This document shows, one piece after another, positions 1-10,087 of a stretch of 35,717 nt of DNA. Numbering within the stretch: position 1 is the stretch's first letter; each line of letters begins with the position of its first letter. A program made the translations under genes and the position numbers. The notes under the pieces were generated by a model, which was not told the DNA's origin, searched no databases, and was given only the letters and a program-made list of their open reading frames with translations. This DNA is from an uncultured Bacilli bacterium (GTDB lineage: Bacteria > Bacillota_I > Bacilli_A > RF39 > UBA660): the NCBI GenBank assembly GCA_947584105.1, contig CANPWK010000001.1, positions 1-35,717 of the forward strand. The letters are read 5' to 3'.

Positions 1-107
1 TTATTTGTTACTAACTTTTCATCACACTGTAAGTTGCATTTAACCTTAAAAAGTTGCGTTTACTTTAAAATTTGAGCTTATATACAATTTTTACAATTTA
101 TTGTCAT

Positions 108-647
108 TTATAATATATATAGAAAAGCTATTAATATTAAAATGCAGCCTCCAATTAATGTCGATACTCGACCCAATATTTGATTAATTTTTTTACCTAT
201 ATATAAACCACACAAAGTAAATAAAAAACTAATTAAAGAAAAAGTTAAACTTGCAATAAAAACATTATTAGTTAAGGAATTTAAACCTATTCCTAAAGAA
301 AAACTGTCAATACTAACTGAAAAACCAAATATTAACATTTGAATAAATTTCATTTTGCACATTTTATCAGAATTTCTTAAAGTATCTATAATCATTTCTA
401 GTCCAATAAATACTAATATTATACTGACTAAATAATTATTATTAATAGTAAAAATAGACAATATTTTATTGCCTAAGAAAAAACCAAGTAATGGCATAAA
501 AAAATGATATATACCAACTATTAGTGATAAAGTAAATATTTGTTTTTTATTATTATCAAGTGTCCCATACGCCAGAGCTAAACTAAATGCATCCATACTT
601 AAACTAATTGCAATTATCAATATTAAAAAAAAATTCACACCAATCAC
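108..647 (-). CDS. MntP/YtaF-family (DUF204) integral membrane protein; putative Mn2+ exporter or sporulation membrane protein
   Basis: 179-aa ORF that is hydrophobic throughout. It has the duplicated motif SLSMDAFSLA ... SVSIDSFSLG typical of MntP/YtaF and lies next to spoIIR. Confidence 0.8.
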   Translation of the reverse strand: MIGVNFFLILIIAISLSMDAFSLALAYGTLDNNKKQIFTLSLIVGIYHFFMPLLGFFLGNKILSIFTINNNYLVSIILVFIGLEMIIDTLRNSDKMCKMKFIQMLIFGFSVSIDSFSLGIGLNSLTNNVFIASLTFSLISFLFTLCGLYIGKKINQILGRVSTLIGGCILILIAFLYIL

Positions 648-669
648 CTAGTTCATGGTATGAAACAAA

Positions 670-1191
670 TTAAAAATATTTACTAAATAAATCATTTACT
701 AAAGTAGTATATTCAACATCATCATTGTCACTAGCTTCAATCATGCATATTGGTGGAAATAACACACACCACCAATTATCCCCTTTTCCTTCTCCTAAAG
801 TTACAACTAAAGATTCATAGTAACCATCTTTATATTCTACACCTTTATAAAATTTTTTAGGAAAATAATTATAACCAAAATTAATATCATAACCTAATGA
901 ATAATTTTTTTCTTTTAATAAACTATTTATGTCCTTATTTAAATATTCTAAATTATTTTTGATAGTATCTCTAGCATTATTAACACCTTTAACATTTTTT
1001 AATAATTTATACATATCAGCTGTAACAACATTTTTAACAGACATTTTTATATCTTGATCATAATCACTATTACTATTTGCAATAACTCTTACCCTAATTG
1101 CATCATCAGGAATCATATTATTAGTTTTAAGAGCATTTGTAATTCCTACATATAATAGAAAAATTATTATAAAATATGGTATATATTTCAT
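670..1191 (-). CDS. spoIIR: Stage II sporulation protein R (SpoIIR)
   Basis: N-terminal signal anchor. Motifs IRVRVIANSNSDYDQ and GDNWWCVLFPPICM match the conserved SpoIIR motifs as I recall them (HVIANSDS / NWWCVLFPPLC). Confidence 0.85.
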   Translation of the reverse strand: MKYIPYFIIIFLLYVGITNALKTNNMIPDDAIRVRVIANSNSDYDQDIKMSVKNVVTADMYKLLKNVKGVNNARDTIKNNLEYLNKDINSLLKEKNYSLGYDINFGYNYFPKKFYKGVEYKDGYYESLVVTLGEGKGDNWWCVLFPPICMIEASDNDDVEYTTLVNDLFSKYF

Positions 1192-1263
1192 TTTGCCTCC
1201 TATTTAATATTGTGCAAAAAAGAAATATATATTCAAGTTATACACATTTTTGTGAATAATTTA

Positions 1264-2106
1264 CTATTTTTTAGCTTCAGATAGCGTATTTGCAATCTCT
1301 ATAAACACATTTATAGGGATTTGTTCGGCTCTAAAAGAAATGTTATAATCAAAATTGTGCAAAACTTTGTTTATAATTACTAAATCATATTCCTTTAAAT
1401 TATTTTTTAACGTTTTTCGCTTTTGTTTAAAACTATCTCTTACTAATTTAAAGAATAGATCAATATCATATACAGTCAATAATTTATCTTTTTTTACAAA
1501 CTCTAATACAATACTATCAACATTAGGAATAGGCATAAAAACATTTCTATTAACATCCATTAATTTCCTTATATCAAAATAATAATTTAAATATATTGAT
1601 AATGAATTATAATCTTTACTATTAACATTGGCTTTAAACCTATTTCCTACTTCTTTTTGAACCATAAATACCATTTTATCCACTGGTATTTTATCTTCTA
1701 TAATTTTAGTAATAATAGGTGTCGTTATATAATAAGGTAAATTAGCTACTAAATATAATTTGCTATAGTTATATTTTTTAATATCTTCTTTAACATTAGC
1801 TTGTAAAAAATCTTCATAAATTACTTGTACGTTATTATATTCTTTTATATTATCTTCCAATATAGGTTTAATTTCTTTATCTATTTCATAACATATAACT
1901 TGTTTTGATCGTTTTGCTAAATAATATGTCAATGATCCTGCTCCAGGACCAATCTCAATTACTAAAGTATCTAAATCGATTTGCGACTTATCCACAATTT
2001 TGTTGATAACATTTTCATCAACAATAAAATTTTGACCATATTTCTTCTTAAATTTAAATTTATTATCATTAATTGTCTTTTTTAATTCGTTTGGTGAATA
2101 TTTCAT
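1264..2106 (-). CDS. rsmA: 16S rRNA (adenine1518/1519-N6)-dimethyltransferase RsmA/KsgA
   Basis: 280 aa with YGQNFIVDENVINKIV, the SAM motif EIGPGAGSLT and NLPYYITTPI. Confidence 0.95.
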   Translation of the reverse strand: MKYSPNELKKTINDNKFKFKKKYGQNFIVDENVINKIVDKSQIDLDTLVIEIGPGAGSLTYYLAKRSKQVICYEIDKEIKPILEDNIKEYNNVQVIYEDFLQANVKEDIKKYNYSKLYLVANLPYYITTPIITKIIEDKIPVDKMVFMVQKEVGNRFKANVNSKDYNSLSIYLNYYFDIRKLMDVNRNVFMPIPNVDSIVLEFVKKDKLLTVYDIDLFFKLVRDSFKQKRKTLKNNLKEYDLVIINKVLHNFDYNISFRAEQIPINVFIEIANTLSEAKK

Positions 2107-2152
2107 AAATTATCCTCCATAGTTATGAACATTTTTGTTAATAAAAAAGGGA

Positions 2153-2812
2153 TTACCATCCCCATCTTTGAACTGCAAATGTAGTATTGCTGCTAGTTAC
2201 AGAATATATTTCTGGATCAGATTCAGTCTTAAAAGCTAAATCCATCCATACTTCACCTCTAGCACTAGCATTTTGCATGCTAGCTCCTGTATCTAAAACA
2301 ACTGCATAAAATTCTCCTAATTTATTATGTGTTATTTTAACAACAGTTCCACAAGGAAATTTGGATAAATCTGCTGCTATTATTCTAATAGATCCAAACT
2401 CTGAATCTGAATAATATTCTCCATCGTTTGCTAAACTATACTTATTTCCATTCTTTGTTGGACAAGCAAGATTGCCTAACCCACTACATCCTGCACAATC
2501 AGCACCATATGCAGTAATTTTACCAACATATATAGCTTCATCTTTTAATGGAGCAGTATCAATTTCTTCTTCCTTTGGTTGTTCAACCTCTTTTTTATCC
2601 TCTATTTTTTCTTCTTTTACAGGTTCAACTTTAATTTCCAAATAATTATAAGATGCAACCATATCTTTAGGTTTTATCTTATAATTTAATATCATTGCTA
2701 CTTTTTCCTTTGATTTTTTTGAAATAATTGAAACAGTGTTAATAACTACCATTAAAACTATTAAAAATAATAATCCCGAAGTAACTAAAGCTGACATTTT
2801 TTTTAAATTCAT
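2153..2812 (-). CDS. Membrane-anchored 3D-domain protein (YabE/YocH-like cell-wall protein)
   Basis: N-terminal TM segment, an E/K-rich linker, and a C-terminal domain (GKITAYGADCAGCSG ... VLDTGA) resembling the 3D / double-psi barrel. It occupies the yabE position between tatD and rsmA. Confidence 0.7.
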   Translation of the reverse strand: MNLKKMSALVTSGLLFLIVLMVVINTVSIISKKSKEKVAMILNYKIKPKDMVASYNYLEIKVEPVKEEKIEDKKEVEQPKEEEIDTAPLKDEAIYVGKITAYGADCAGCSGLGNLACPTKNGNKYSLANDGEYYSDSEFGSIRIIAADLSKFPCGTVVKITHNKLGEFYAVVLDTGASMQNASARGEVWMDLAFKTESDPEIYSVTSSNTTFAVQRWGW

Positions 2813-2871
2813 CTTTTCACCTCAGCGTCATCTAATGACAATTGTTATTGTAACACATATATACATATTAG

Positions 2872-3612
2872 TCAAATTAGTGATTTAATTGAAAATAATT
2901 TAATTGATGTTTTATAGATTATATTTGATAATTCATCAATATTAATATTTTTTACTTCAGATAATTTTTTGAGTGTCAAGTAAATATTTTTAGGAACATT
3001 CTCTTTTCCTCTATATGGTTCTGGTGACATATAAGGGCTATCTGTTTCAAGAACAATATCACTAATATCAATGCTATTTACAACATCACGTAACTTATAA
3101 CCATTTTTAAATGTCAAAACCCCTCCAACACCAATTTTATATCCTAATTTAATAAAATTTTTAGCCATTTCAATACTAGAAGAAAAGCAATGAATTACTC
3201 CTTCTAATTTATATTCACTTAATATATTATATGTATCTAAAATAGAATCCCTACTATGAACGACTATTGGTTTATTATATTTTTTAGCTATATCCAATTG
3301 TAATCTAAATAAAGCTTTTTGCTGTTCCTTATTTTCCTTAGTATAATGATAATCTAAACCAATTTCTCCTATCCCAACTATTTTTTTATTATCTAAATTA
3401 TCAATTATAATATTAATATCATAGTTATTATTAGCTTCCTCTGGATGAATTCCTAAAGTACCATATACATTTGGATACTTGTTTACAAGTTCAAGTACTT
3501 TCAAATTAGATTTATTATCATATCCACTTGTAATTATTATCCCATCAAATTCATTTATTGCCTCTTCTATATTATTTAAACTATCTAAATGACAATGTGT
3601 ATCAATAATCAT
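2872..3612 (-). CDS. tatD: TatD-family metal-dependent DNase/hydrolase (YabD)
   Basis: Motifs IDTHCHLD, EIGLDYH, VVHSRD, HCFSS and ETDSPYM. The ORF track starts at GTG 3624, but GGAGG followed by ATG at 3612 (MIIDTHCH) is the more likely start. Confidence 0.92.
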   Translation of the reverse strand: MIIDTHCHLDSLNNIEEAINEFDGIIITSGYDNKSNLKVLELVNKYPNVYGTLGIHPEEANNNYDINIIIDNLDNKKIVGIGEIGLDYHYTKENKEQQKALFRLQLDIAKKYNKPIVVHSRDSILDTYNILSEYKLEGVIHCFSSSIEMAKNFIKLGYKIGVGGVLTFKNGYKLRDVVNSIDISDIVLETDSPYMSPEPYRGKENVPKNIYLTLKKLSEVKNINIDELSNIIYKTSIKLFSIKSLI

Positions 3613-3656
3613 AATTACCTCCACAAAAAAATTATACCATAATATAAGTATAATTT

Positions 3657-3821
3657 TTAGTCTTTTTGTGCTTTAATACATAAAAATATATAAACATATA
3701 ACACAATTAAATAAATAAAATCTACTATATCTAAACTAACAACAAAACTTCCAATTAAACACATGGTAATAGTTGCTACAAGCATTATGAGTAACAACTT
3801 ACCACTATTATCTGTTGTCAT
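3657..3821 (-). CDS. Hypothetical 54-aa two-TM membrane peptide (not in the ORF track)
   Basis: GGAGAG Shine-Dalgarno 5 nt before the ATG. The ORF MTTDNSGKLLLIMLVATITMCLIGSFVVSLDIVDFIYLIVLYVYIFLCIKAQKD is co-directional with metG and tatD and fills an otherwise empty 294-nt gap. No homology recognised. Confidence 0.4.
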   Translation of the reverse strand: MTTDNSGKLLLIMLVATITMCLIGSFVVSLDIVDFIYLIVLYVYIFLCIKAQKD

Positions 3822-3918
3822 ACATTCTCTCCTTATCCTTGTTAACTATATCACAATATTTAACAAAATACAAAGAGATTTTGATTATTTCATTCGACTT
3901 TTTCCTACATTTTACACA

Positions 3919-5454
3919 TTAATTGACACTTTTATCAATTCTTACAAATAATGGTGTTGGATCATTCAATTTAATATCATAATCTAAACCATTAAATTCC
4001 TTGATAGAATCGTAAGAATTATTCTCAGTATTTAACTGTTTTAATATATTCATGGATGTATCTGGTAAAAATGGACTTAATAAAACTGCTCCTATTCTGA
4101 TTGCTTCAAGTAAATTATATATAACGGTTTTTAATCTTTCTATATTACCTTCTTTAGCTAAATTCCAAGGCATAGTTTCATCAATATATTTATTAGATTT
4201 TCTAAATATATCAAATACTGCATCTATTGCACTTGCTATATGATAATCTTCCATATAAGTATCAACTTTATCACGGGCAGATAAAACTAAATCTATCAAT
4301 TCTTCATCTACCTTTTCTTTGGTATTAGGTTCTGGTACTACACCGTTAAAATATTTTTTTGCCATTGATATAGTACGATTTACTAAATTACCTAAAATAT
4401 TAGCTAAATCAGAATTATATCTTTCAGTTATAAGTTCATCTGTAAATATGCCGTCACTAGCAAATGGAATTTCATGTAACATATAATACCTTACTGCATC
4501 AACACCATATTTATTTACTAAATCATCTGCATATGCAATATTTCCTCTAGATTTACTCATTTTTTCTTTTCCCATTAATAACCATGGATGCCCAAAAATT
4601 TTCTTTGGTAATGGTAAATCAAGAGCCATAAGCATAATTGGCCAATAAATAGTATGAAATCTTAAAATATCTTTACCTATTAAATGAATATCAGCTGGCC
4701 AATACTTTTCAAATTTCTCACTACTACCATCAGGATCATATCCTAAAAACGTTATATAATTACTAAGAGCATCAATCCATACATATATAACATGTTTATC
4801 ATCAAATGATACTGGTATTCCCCAATCAAATGAAGAACGGGACACACATAAGTCTTGCAATCCAGGTTTAATAAAATTATTTATCATTTCATTTTTTCGA
4901 CTTTCTGGTTGTATAAATTGTGGATGATCATTTATATATTTAACAAGCCTATCAGAATAATTACTTAATTTGAAAAAGTAAGCTTCTTCACTAGCTTTTT
5001 TTACTTCCCTACCACAATCAGGACATTTGCCATCAACTAATTGTGACTCCGTAAAAAAAGATTCACATGGGGTACAATATAATCCCTCATATTTTCCTTT
5101 ATATATATCCCCTTGATCATATAATTTTTTAAAAATCTTTTGGACTATTATTTTATGATGTGGGTTAGTTGTTCTAACAAATTTATCATAACTAGTATTC
5201 ATAATATCCCATATTTGTTTCACTTCCATTGAAACTTTATCAACATATTCTTGAGGATTTAATGATTGCTCTTTTGCCTTTAATTCTATTTTTTCCCCAT
5301 GTTCATCAGTTCCAGTTTGAAAATATACATCATAACCTAAAAGTCTTTTATATCGTGCTATTGCATCTGCTAAAACTATTTCATAGGTATTTCCTATATG
5401 TGGTTTTGATGATGTATAAGCAATTGCAGTTGATATATAAAATTTTTTCTGCAT
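3919..5454 (-). CDS. metG: Methionyl-tRNA synthetase, short form without the C-terminal tRNA-binding domain
   Basis: HIGN-type motif (KPHIGNTYE), KMSKS, and Zn knuckles CTPCESF ... CPDCGRE. 511 aa. Confidence 0.96.
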   Translation of the reverse strand: MQKKFYISTAIAYTSSKPHIGNTYEIVLADAIARYKRLLGYDVYFQTGTDEHGEKIELKAKEQSLNPQEYVDKVSMEVKQIWDIMNTSYDKFVRTTNPHHKIIVQKIFKKLYDQGDIYKGKYEGLYCTPCESFFTESQLVDGKCPDCGREVKKASEEAYFFKLSNYSDRLVKYINDHPQFIQPESRKNEMINNFIKPGLQDLCVSRSSFDWGIPVSFDDKHVIYVWIDALSNYITFLGYDPDGSSEKFEKYWPADIHLIGKDILRFHTIYWPIMLMALDLPLPKKIFGHPWLLMGKEKMSKSRGNIAYADDLVNKYGVDAVRYYMLHEIPFASDGIFTDELITERYNSDLANILGNLVNRTISMAKKYFNGVVPEPNTKEKVDEELIDLVLSARDKVDTYMEDYHIASAIDAVFDIFRKSNKYIDETMPWNLAKEGNIERLKTVIYNLLEAIRIGAVLLSPFLPDTSMNILKQLNTENNSYDSIKEFNGLDYDIKLNDPTPLFVRIDKSVN

Positions 5455-5549
5455 AATTCCTCCAATTTCAATAAAATAACCACTATAGCGTTATTATTCT
5501 TATATTCCAATATTACGCTCTTTCGCGTTTTATTATAACACACAAATAT

Positions 5550-6080
5550 TTATTCTTCAAGATACTTAGTTATAAAAGATGAGACAATTTCAACTATGTG
5601 CATCTGATCTATATTCAATTTTTCTTCTGTTGAAAAAATTAATATCATTCCAATAGTTTCTCCATCCTTAATTATAGGATTAGTAATATAAGTACAATTA
5701 AATAATTCCTTTTCAGTTACTTTTAATTCTTTTTTAAATCCTTCAAATATTTTTTCTCTTTTTTCTATTTTTGATGCTATTTCTTCGCTTATATTTTTAT
5801 CAAGTAAACTTTTTTTTAATGGACCACTACATGCTATTATTTTATGTAAATCTGTTATTATGATATTATATTTCATAAAACTATACATAGCATCAGTTAA
5901 TTCTTGAGCTAGATCATTAATTCTATTCATTATAGAAAACTTTTTTAATATAATTCTTTCATTTTCTACAAATATTTCTATATTTTCACCAACTCTTAAT
6001 CTTAAAGATTTTCTAATTTCTTTAGGTATTACAATTCTTCCTAGCTCATCTATTCTTCTTATTATTCCAGTTGATTTCAT
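5550..6080 (-). CDS. spoVT: Stage V sporulation protein T (AbrB-type N-domain plus GAF-like C-domain)
   Basis: MKSTGIIRRIDELGRIVIPKEIRKSLRL matches the SpoVT/AbrB swapped-hairpin domain. The 176-aa length fits SpoVT rather than the ~95-aa AbrB. It sits directly downstream of mfd, as in Bacillus. Confidence 0.88.
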   Translation of the reverse strand: MKSTGIIRRIDELGRIVIPKEIRKSLRLRVGENIEIFVENERIILKKFSIMNRINDLAQELTDAMYSFMKYNIIITDLHKIIACSGPLKKSLLDKNISEEIASKIEKREKIFEGFKKELKVTEKELFNCTYITNPIIKDGETIGMILIFSTEEKLNIDQMHIVEIVSSFITKYLEE

Positions 6081-6160
6081 ATTACCTCTCTTTCTAATTA
6101 TATTGTGGAAAAAAAGGTTTTTTTTATTCTAGAAATATGGAATTTTATACTATTTATTAA

Positions 6161-9100
6161 TTACTCTATTTTCTTTTTTTTGATGGATTTTTTTATGATA
6201 TCTATCATATCTATTAAATAGTATATAAAATGCTTATCTAAATTTACTATATCAAGATTTATAATTAATTGTTCATTTTTCATAGAAAATCTAAATTTGC
6301 GTGTTAATTTCATTAAATCTAAGAAAAGAATTTCTCCATCTATTTCTTTCGTTAAAGACTTTGATAAAGTTATTGCAATAAAATTTTTAGTTTGCTGAAC
6401 ATTTTTAATATCTACACTTTTAATGATTTTTTCAAATAATTCTTCATACATATATATCACAATATTATCATCAAGAACACCAAATCTATCTGTTAATTCT
6501 TTTTTAGTTTTTTCTAAAGATTCAATAGAATCAATCTTATTAATCATTTGATGAATTTCTATTTTTAATTCTTCTTCTTTTGCATATTTATCATCGATAG
6601 TTGTTTCCACTTCAATTAAAGGATTTTCATTTATCTCTTTATTTTCAACTTTTAAACCTTTTAATTTGTTAACTTCTTCATTTAACATATTTAAAAATAA
6701 CTCTACACCTACACTATCAATAAATCCTGATTGTTCCTGACCTAATATATCTCCTGCGCCTCTTATTGACAAATCACGCATTGCAATCGAAAAGCCACTA
6801 CCAAGTTCGGTAAATTCTTTTATAACATTAAGTCTTTTTTTAGCAATATCTGATAATATTTTTCCCTTATTATACATTAGATATGCATAAGCAATTTTAG
6901 AACTTCTACCTACTCTACCCCTAATTTGATATAATTGAGATAAACCATATTTATCAGCATCAATAATTATTAATGTATTAACGTTTGGAATATCAATTCC
7001 TGTTTCAATTATAGTTGTACAAAGTAAAACATCATATTCTTTGTTTATAAATTTATACATTATATCTTCTAACTCTTGTTTTTTCATTTTTCCATGGCCA
7101 CATATTATTCGAGCTTCTGGTACAAGATTTTGAAAAGTTACCAATTTATTTGTCATGTCTTCTATATTATTATATAGGATAAATACTTGCCCATTTCTTG
7201 CCAATTCTTTATAAATTGCATCTTTTATAACATTTTGATTTTCTTCTAATACATAAGTTTGTATTGGATATCTATCAATAGGTGGAGTTTCTATTAAAGA
7301 TAAACTTCTAACACCGGCTAAAGACATTTGTAAAGTACGCGGTATTGGAGTTGCACTAAGGGTTAAAACGTCTATATTATTTTTATATTCCTTAATTTTT
7401 TCTTTATGCTTAACTCCAAATCTTTGTTCCTCATCCACAACAAGTAATCCTAATCTTTTACATTTAATATCATTACTTAGTATTCTATGAGTCCCAATTA
7501 ACAAATCTACTTTTCCGTTACTTAAATCATCTATAATTTGTTGTTGTTTCTTTATTGGAACAAATCTATTTAGTAATTCTATTCTAACTGGAAATTCTTT
7601 AAATCTTTCCTGAGCATTTAAATAATGTTGTCGAGAAAGTATTGTTGTTGGACATAAAAACATTACCTGTTTATTAGAAATTATTGCTTTAAATATAGCA
7701 CGAAAAGCAACCTCAGTTTTTCCATATCCAACATCTCCACAAAGCAAACGATCCATTGGTATTTTCTTTTCCATATCTTTTTTTATTTCTTCAGTTACCT
7801 TTAATTGATCTGCTGTTTCTTTATAAGGAAAACTTTTTTCAAATTCTCTTTGCTCTTCTGTATCTTTCGAAAATGCATAACCAATAGCAGTTTCTCTTTC
7901 TGAATACAATTTCAATAAATCTCCTGCAATATTTTCTATTTTTTTCTTTATTCTTAATTTAGTTTTTATCCATTCAGTACCGCCCAATTTATTAATTTTA
8001 GGAATTATACCTTCATTTGATGAATATTTATTTATTAATTCTAATTTTTCCACTGGAATATATAATTTATCAGAATCTTTGTATTCAACAGTAATATAAT
8101 CTTTTTTTAAACCGTTTTTTGTAAGAGTCTTTATACCTTTATAAATACCTATTCCATGGGTATAATGAACTACATAATCTCCAATATTCAATTTATTGAT
8201 GTCTCTAATTTTTGATCCTAGTTTAAAATTCGATTTATATGATGTAATATTTTCTTTCTTATTAAATAATTCTTTTTCAGAAACAACCACAAAATTTTGT
8301 ATTACAAAACCATTATTTATTTTTTTTACTACTAGATTTATTTGATTGTCTATTATATTATCTATATCTGTTATAATTAAATTCATACCATTTAATTCTT
8401 CATAAATCTTATTTAATTTATATCGATCAGATAAACATACGATAATAGTTTTACCATCTTTTATATATTGTTTAAATCTTTTAATAATTTCTTCTTTGCC
8501 ACCTTTAAAATTTTCTAAATCAAATGCTTGGAATTTATTTTTATTTAAATTTATTTTATTATCAAAAGGTACAAATTCTATTTCTTCATAATTATATGAA
8601 GGCAATAATTCAAACATAAAATTAGTTTTTTTATCTATTTCATTTGTTTTTTTATATTCTTCTATTTCATCTATTAATAATTTATAATTATTATAAATAC
8701 TATTCTTATCATCGTATATAATTATTGGACTATTTAAATAATCCAAGATGGAAAAAGGCTTAATATATTTTACTATTTCCCTTTGTTTTGGTTCTATCTC
8801 TAAATTATTTTCTACTATAAATTCAGTTACTGGATCTATTTGCACTTTTTCTATTTGCAATTTAGAAATTTGGGTATCAACATCAAATTCACTGATTCTC
8901 TCAATCTGATCTCCCCAAAACTCTAACCTTATAGGATTAGAATAATTTATAGGAAAGATATCTATAATAAAACCTCTTACGGCTATTTCTCCTGTTTTAT
9001 TTACTAACGATTCTCTTTTATAACCTATTTTATATAATCTTTTCACTATATCGTTCATATTGATATCTTCATCTTTATTTAAAACTAAAGTTGAATTTCT

Positions 9101-9454
9101 ATATTCATTAGGATCTGGTAAATATCTCAAGAACCCCATTAAATTAGATATTACTATTCTTTTCTCTTTTAGTATTTTGCTTAAAGTATCTAATCTAGTA
9201 AATTTAAATTCAGGACTTATTGCAAGTGCTTCGCTTGTTAAAAAATCATCCATTGGAAAAAGAGAAACCTTATTAGTATAATTAAGTATTGTTTGATATA
9301 ATTTATTTGCTTCATATATTGTTGAACTTAATAATAATATACTTTTATTTTCTTTTTTATATTTTTCATATATATAAATTCCTTTTAGTTCTGTAGTTAA
9401 TCCCGATATAATATTATCATTCATATCACCTAATATACTATTTAAAAATTTCAT
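6161..9454 (-). CDS. mfd: Transcription-repair coupling factor Mfd
   Basis: 1097 aa with a CarD-like segment, Walker A GDVGYGKTEVA, DEEQRFGV, and helicase motif VI QLYQIRGRVGRS. Confidence 0.97.
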   Translation of the reverse strand: MKFLNSILGDMNDNIISGLTTELKGIYIYEKYKKENKSILLLSSTIYEANKLYQTILNYTNKVSLFPMDDFLTSEALAISPEFKFTRLDTLSKILKEKRIVISNLMGFLRYLPDPNEYRNSTLVLNKDEDINMNDIVKRLYKIGYKRESLVNKTGEIAVRGFIIDIFPINYSNPIRLEFWGDQIERISEFDVDTQISKLQIEKVQIDPVTEFIVENNLEIEPKQREIVKYIKPFSILDYLNSPIIIYDDKNSIYNNYKLLIDEIEEYKKTNEIDKKTNFMFELLPSYNYEEIEFVPFDNKINLNKNKFQAFDLENFKGGKEEIIKRFKQYIKDGKTIIVCLSDRYKLNKIYEELNGMNLIITDIDNIIDNQINLVVKKINNGFVIQNFVVVSEKELFNKKENITSYKSNFKLGSKIRDINKLNIGDYVVHYTHGIGIYKGIKTLTKNGLKKDYITVEYKDSDKLYIPVEKLELINKYSSNEGIIPKINKLGGTEWIKTKLRIKKKIENIAGDLLKLYSERETAIGYAFSKDTEEQREFEKSFPYKETADQLKVTEEIKKDMEKKIPMDRLLCGDVGYGKTEVAFRAIFKAIISNKQVMFLCPTTILSRQHYLNAQERFKEFPVRIELLNRFVPIKKQQQIIDDLSNGKVDLLIGTHRILSNDIKCKRLGLLVVDEEQRFGVKHKEKIKEYKNNIDVLTLSATPIPRTLQMSLAGVRSLSLIETPPIDRYPIQTYVLEENQNVIKDAIYKELARNGQVFILYNNIEDMTNKLVTFQNLVPEARIICGHGKMKKQELEDIMYKFINKEYDVLLCTTIIETGIDIPNVNTLIIIDADKYGLSQLYQIRGRVGRSSKIAYAYLMYNKGKILSDIAKKRLNVIKEFTELGSGFSIAMRDLSIRGAGDILGQEQSGFIDSVGVELFLNMLNEEVNKLKGLKVENKEINENPLIEVETTIDDKYAKEEELKIEIHQMINKIDSIESLEKTKKELTDRFGVLDDNIVIYMYEELFEKIIKSVDIKNVQQTKNFIAITLSKSLTKEIDGEILFLDLMKLTRKFRFSMKNEQLIINLDIVNLDKHFIYYLIDMIDIIKKSIKKKKIE

Positions 9455-9529
9455 AGATTTCTCCTTTCAAATGTAGTGTTACTTATTTTACATTTAATTT
9501 AGCCAATAAAATGATACTCAAAGGTATCA

Positions 9530-10084
9530 TTAGTTATATTTATTCATTAAATTATCAAATGGCAATGTTAAATAATCTTCTATTATATTTGGTATTTTTT
9601 CTACTACTTGATTAATAAAAAATAATTCATCACTATTAAAATTACCTAATACATAATCTTTTGTATCTTTATTTTTATCATTAGATATTCCTACTTTAAT
9701 TCTTTTATACTCATTTGTTGACAAATTTAATTCTATATTTTTAAGACCATTATGCCCACCACTAGATCCCTTATATTTCAACTTATATTTTCCAAGTTTT
9801 GTATCTAAATCATCACATATAATTAATATATCATTTATATCTATCTTAAAAAATTTAACATAATCTCTTATGACTTCACCGGATAAATTCATATATTTTT
9901 GAGGTTTTAATAATATTATTTTTTCACCATTATACTTAAATTTAGTATACAAACCATTAAATTTATTTGATTCAACTTTTACTTTAAAGTAATCTGCAAT
10001 TTTATTTATGCACATAAATCCAACATTATGCCTTGTATTATTATACTCTTTTCCTGGATTGCCTAATCCCACTATTAGTTTCAT
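9530..10084 (-). CDS. pth: Peptidyl-tRNA hydrolase
   Basis: MKLIVGLGNPGKEYNNTRHNVGF and GGHNGLKNI motifs. 184 aa. Confidence 0.96.
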   Translation of the reverse strand: MKLIVGLGNPGKEYNNTRHNVGFMCINKIADYFKVKVESNKFNGLYTKFKYNGEKIILLKPQKYMNLSGEVIRDYVKFFKIDINDILIICDDLDTKLGKYKLKYKGSSGGHNGLKNIELNLSTNEYKRIKVGISNDKNKDTKDYVLGNFNSDELFFINQVVEKIPNIIEDYLTLPFDNLMNKYN

Positions 10085-10087
10085 AAA

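Noticed and set aside
1192-1263. Sigma-F-type promoter upstream of spoIIR, and sigma-G-type promoter upstream of spoVT (6081..6160)
   Set aside because: I found GTATA-like and CATA-like fragments, but their spacing did not fit the consensus. In DNA this AT-rich such matches are not convincing by eye.
5455-5549. T-box riboswitch upstream of metG
   Set aside because: The whole spoVT-metG gap is only 95 nt and contains a likely extended -10 promoter (TGTTATAAT on the minus strand). That is too short for a specifier hairpin plus antiterminator, and no T-box sequence (AANNNGGGTGGNACCGCG-like) is present.
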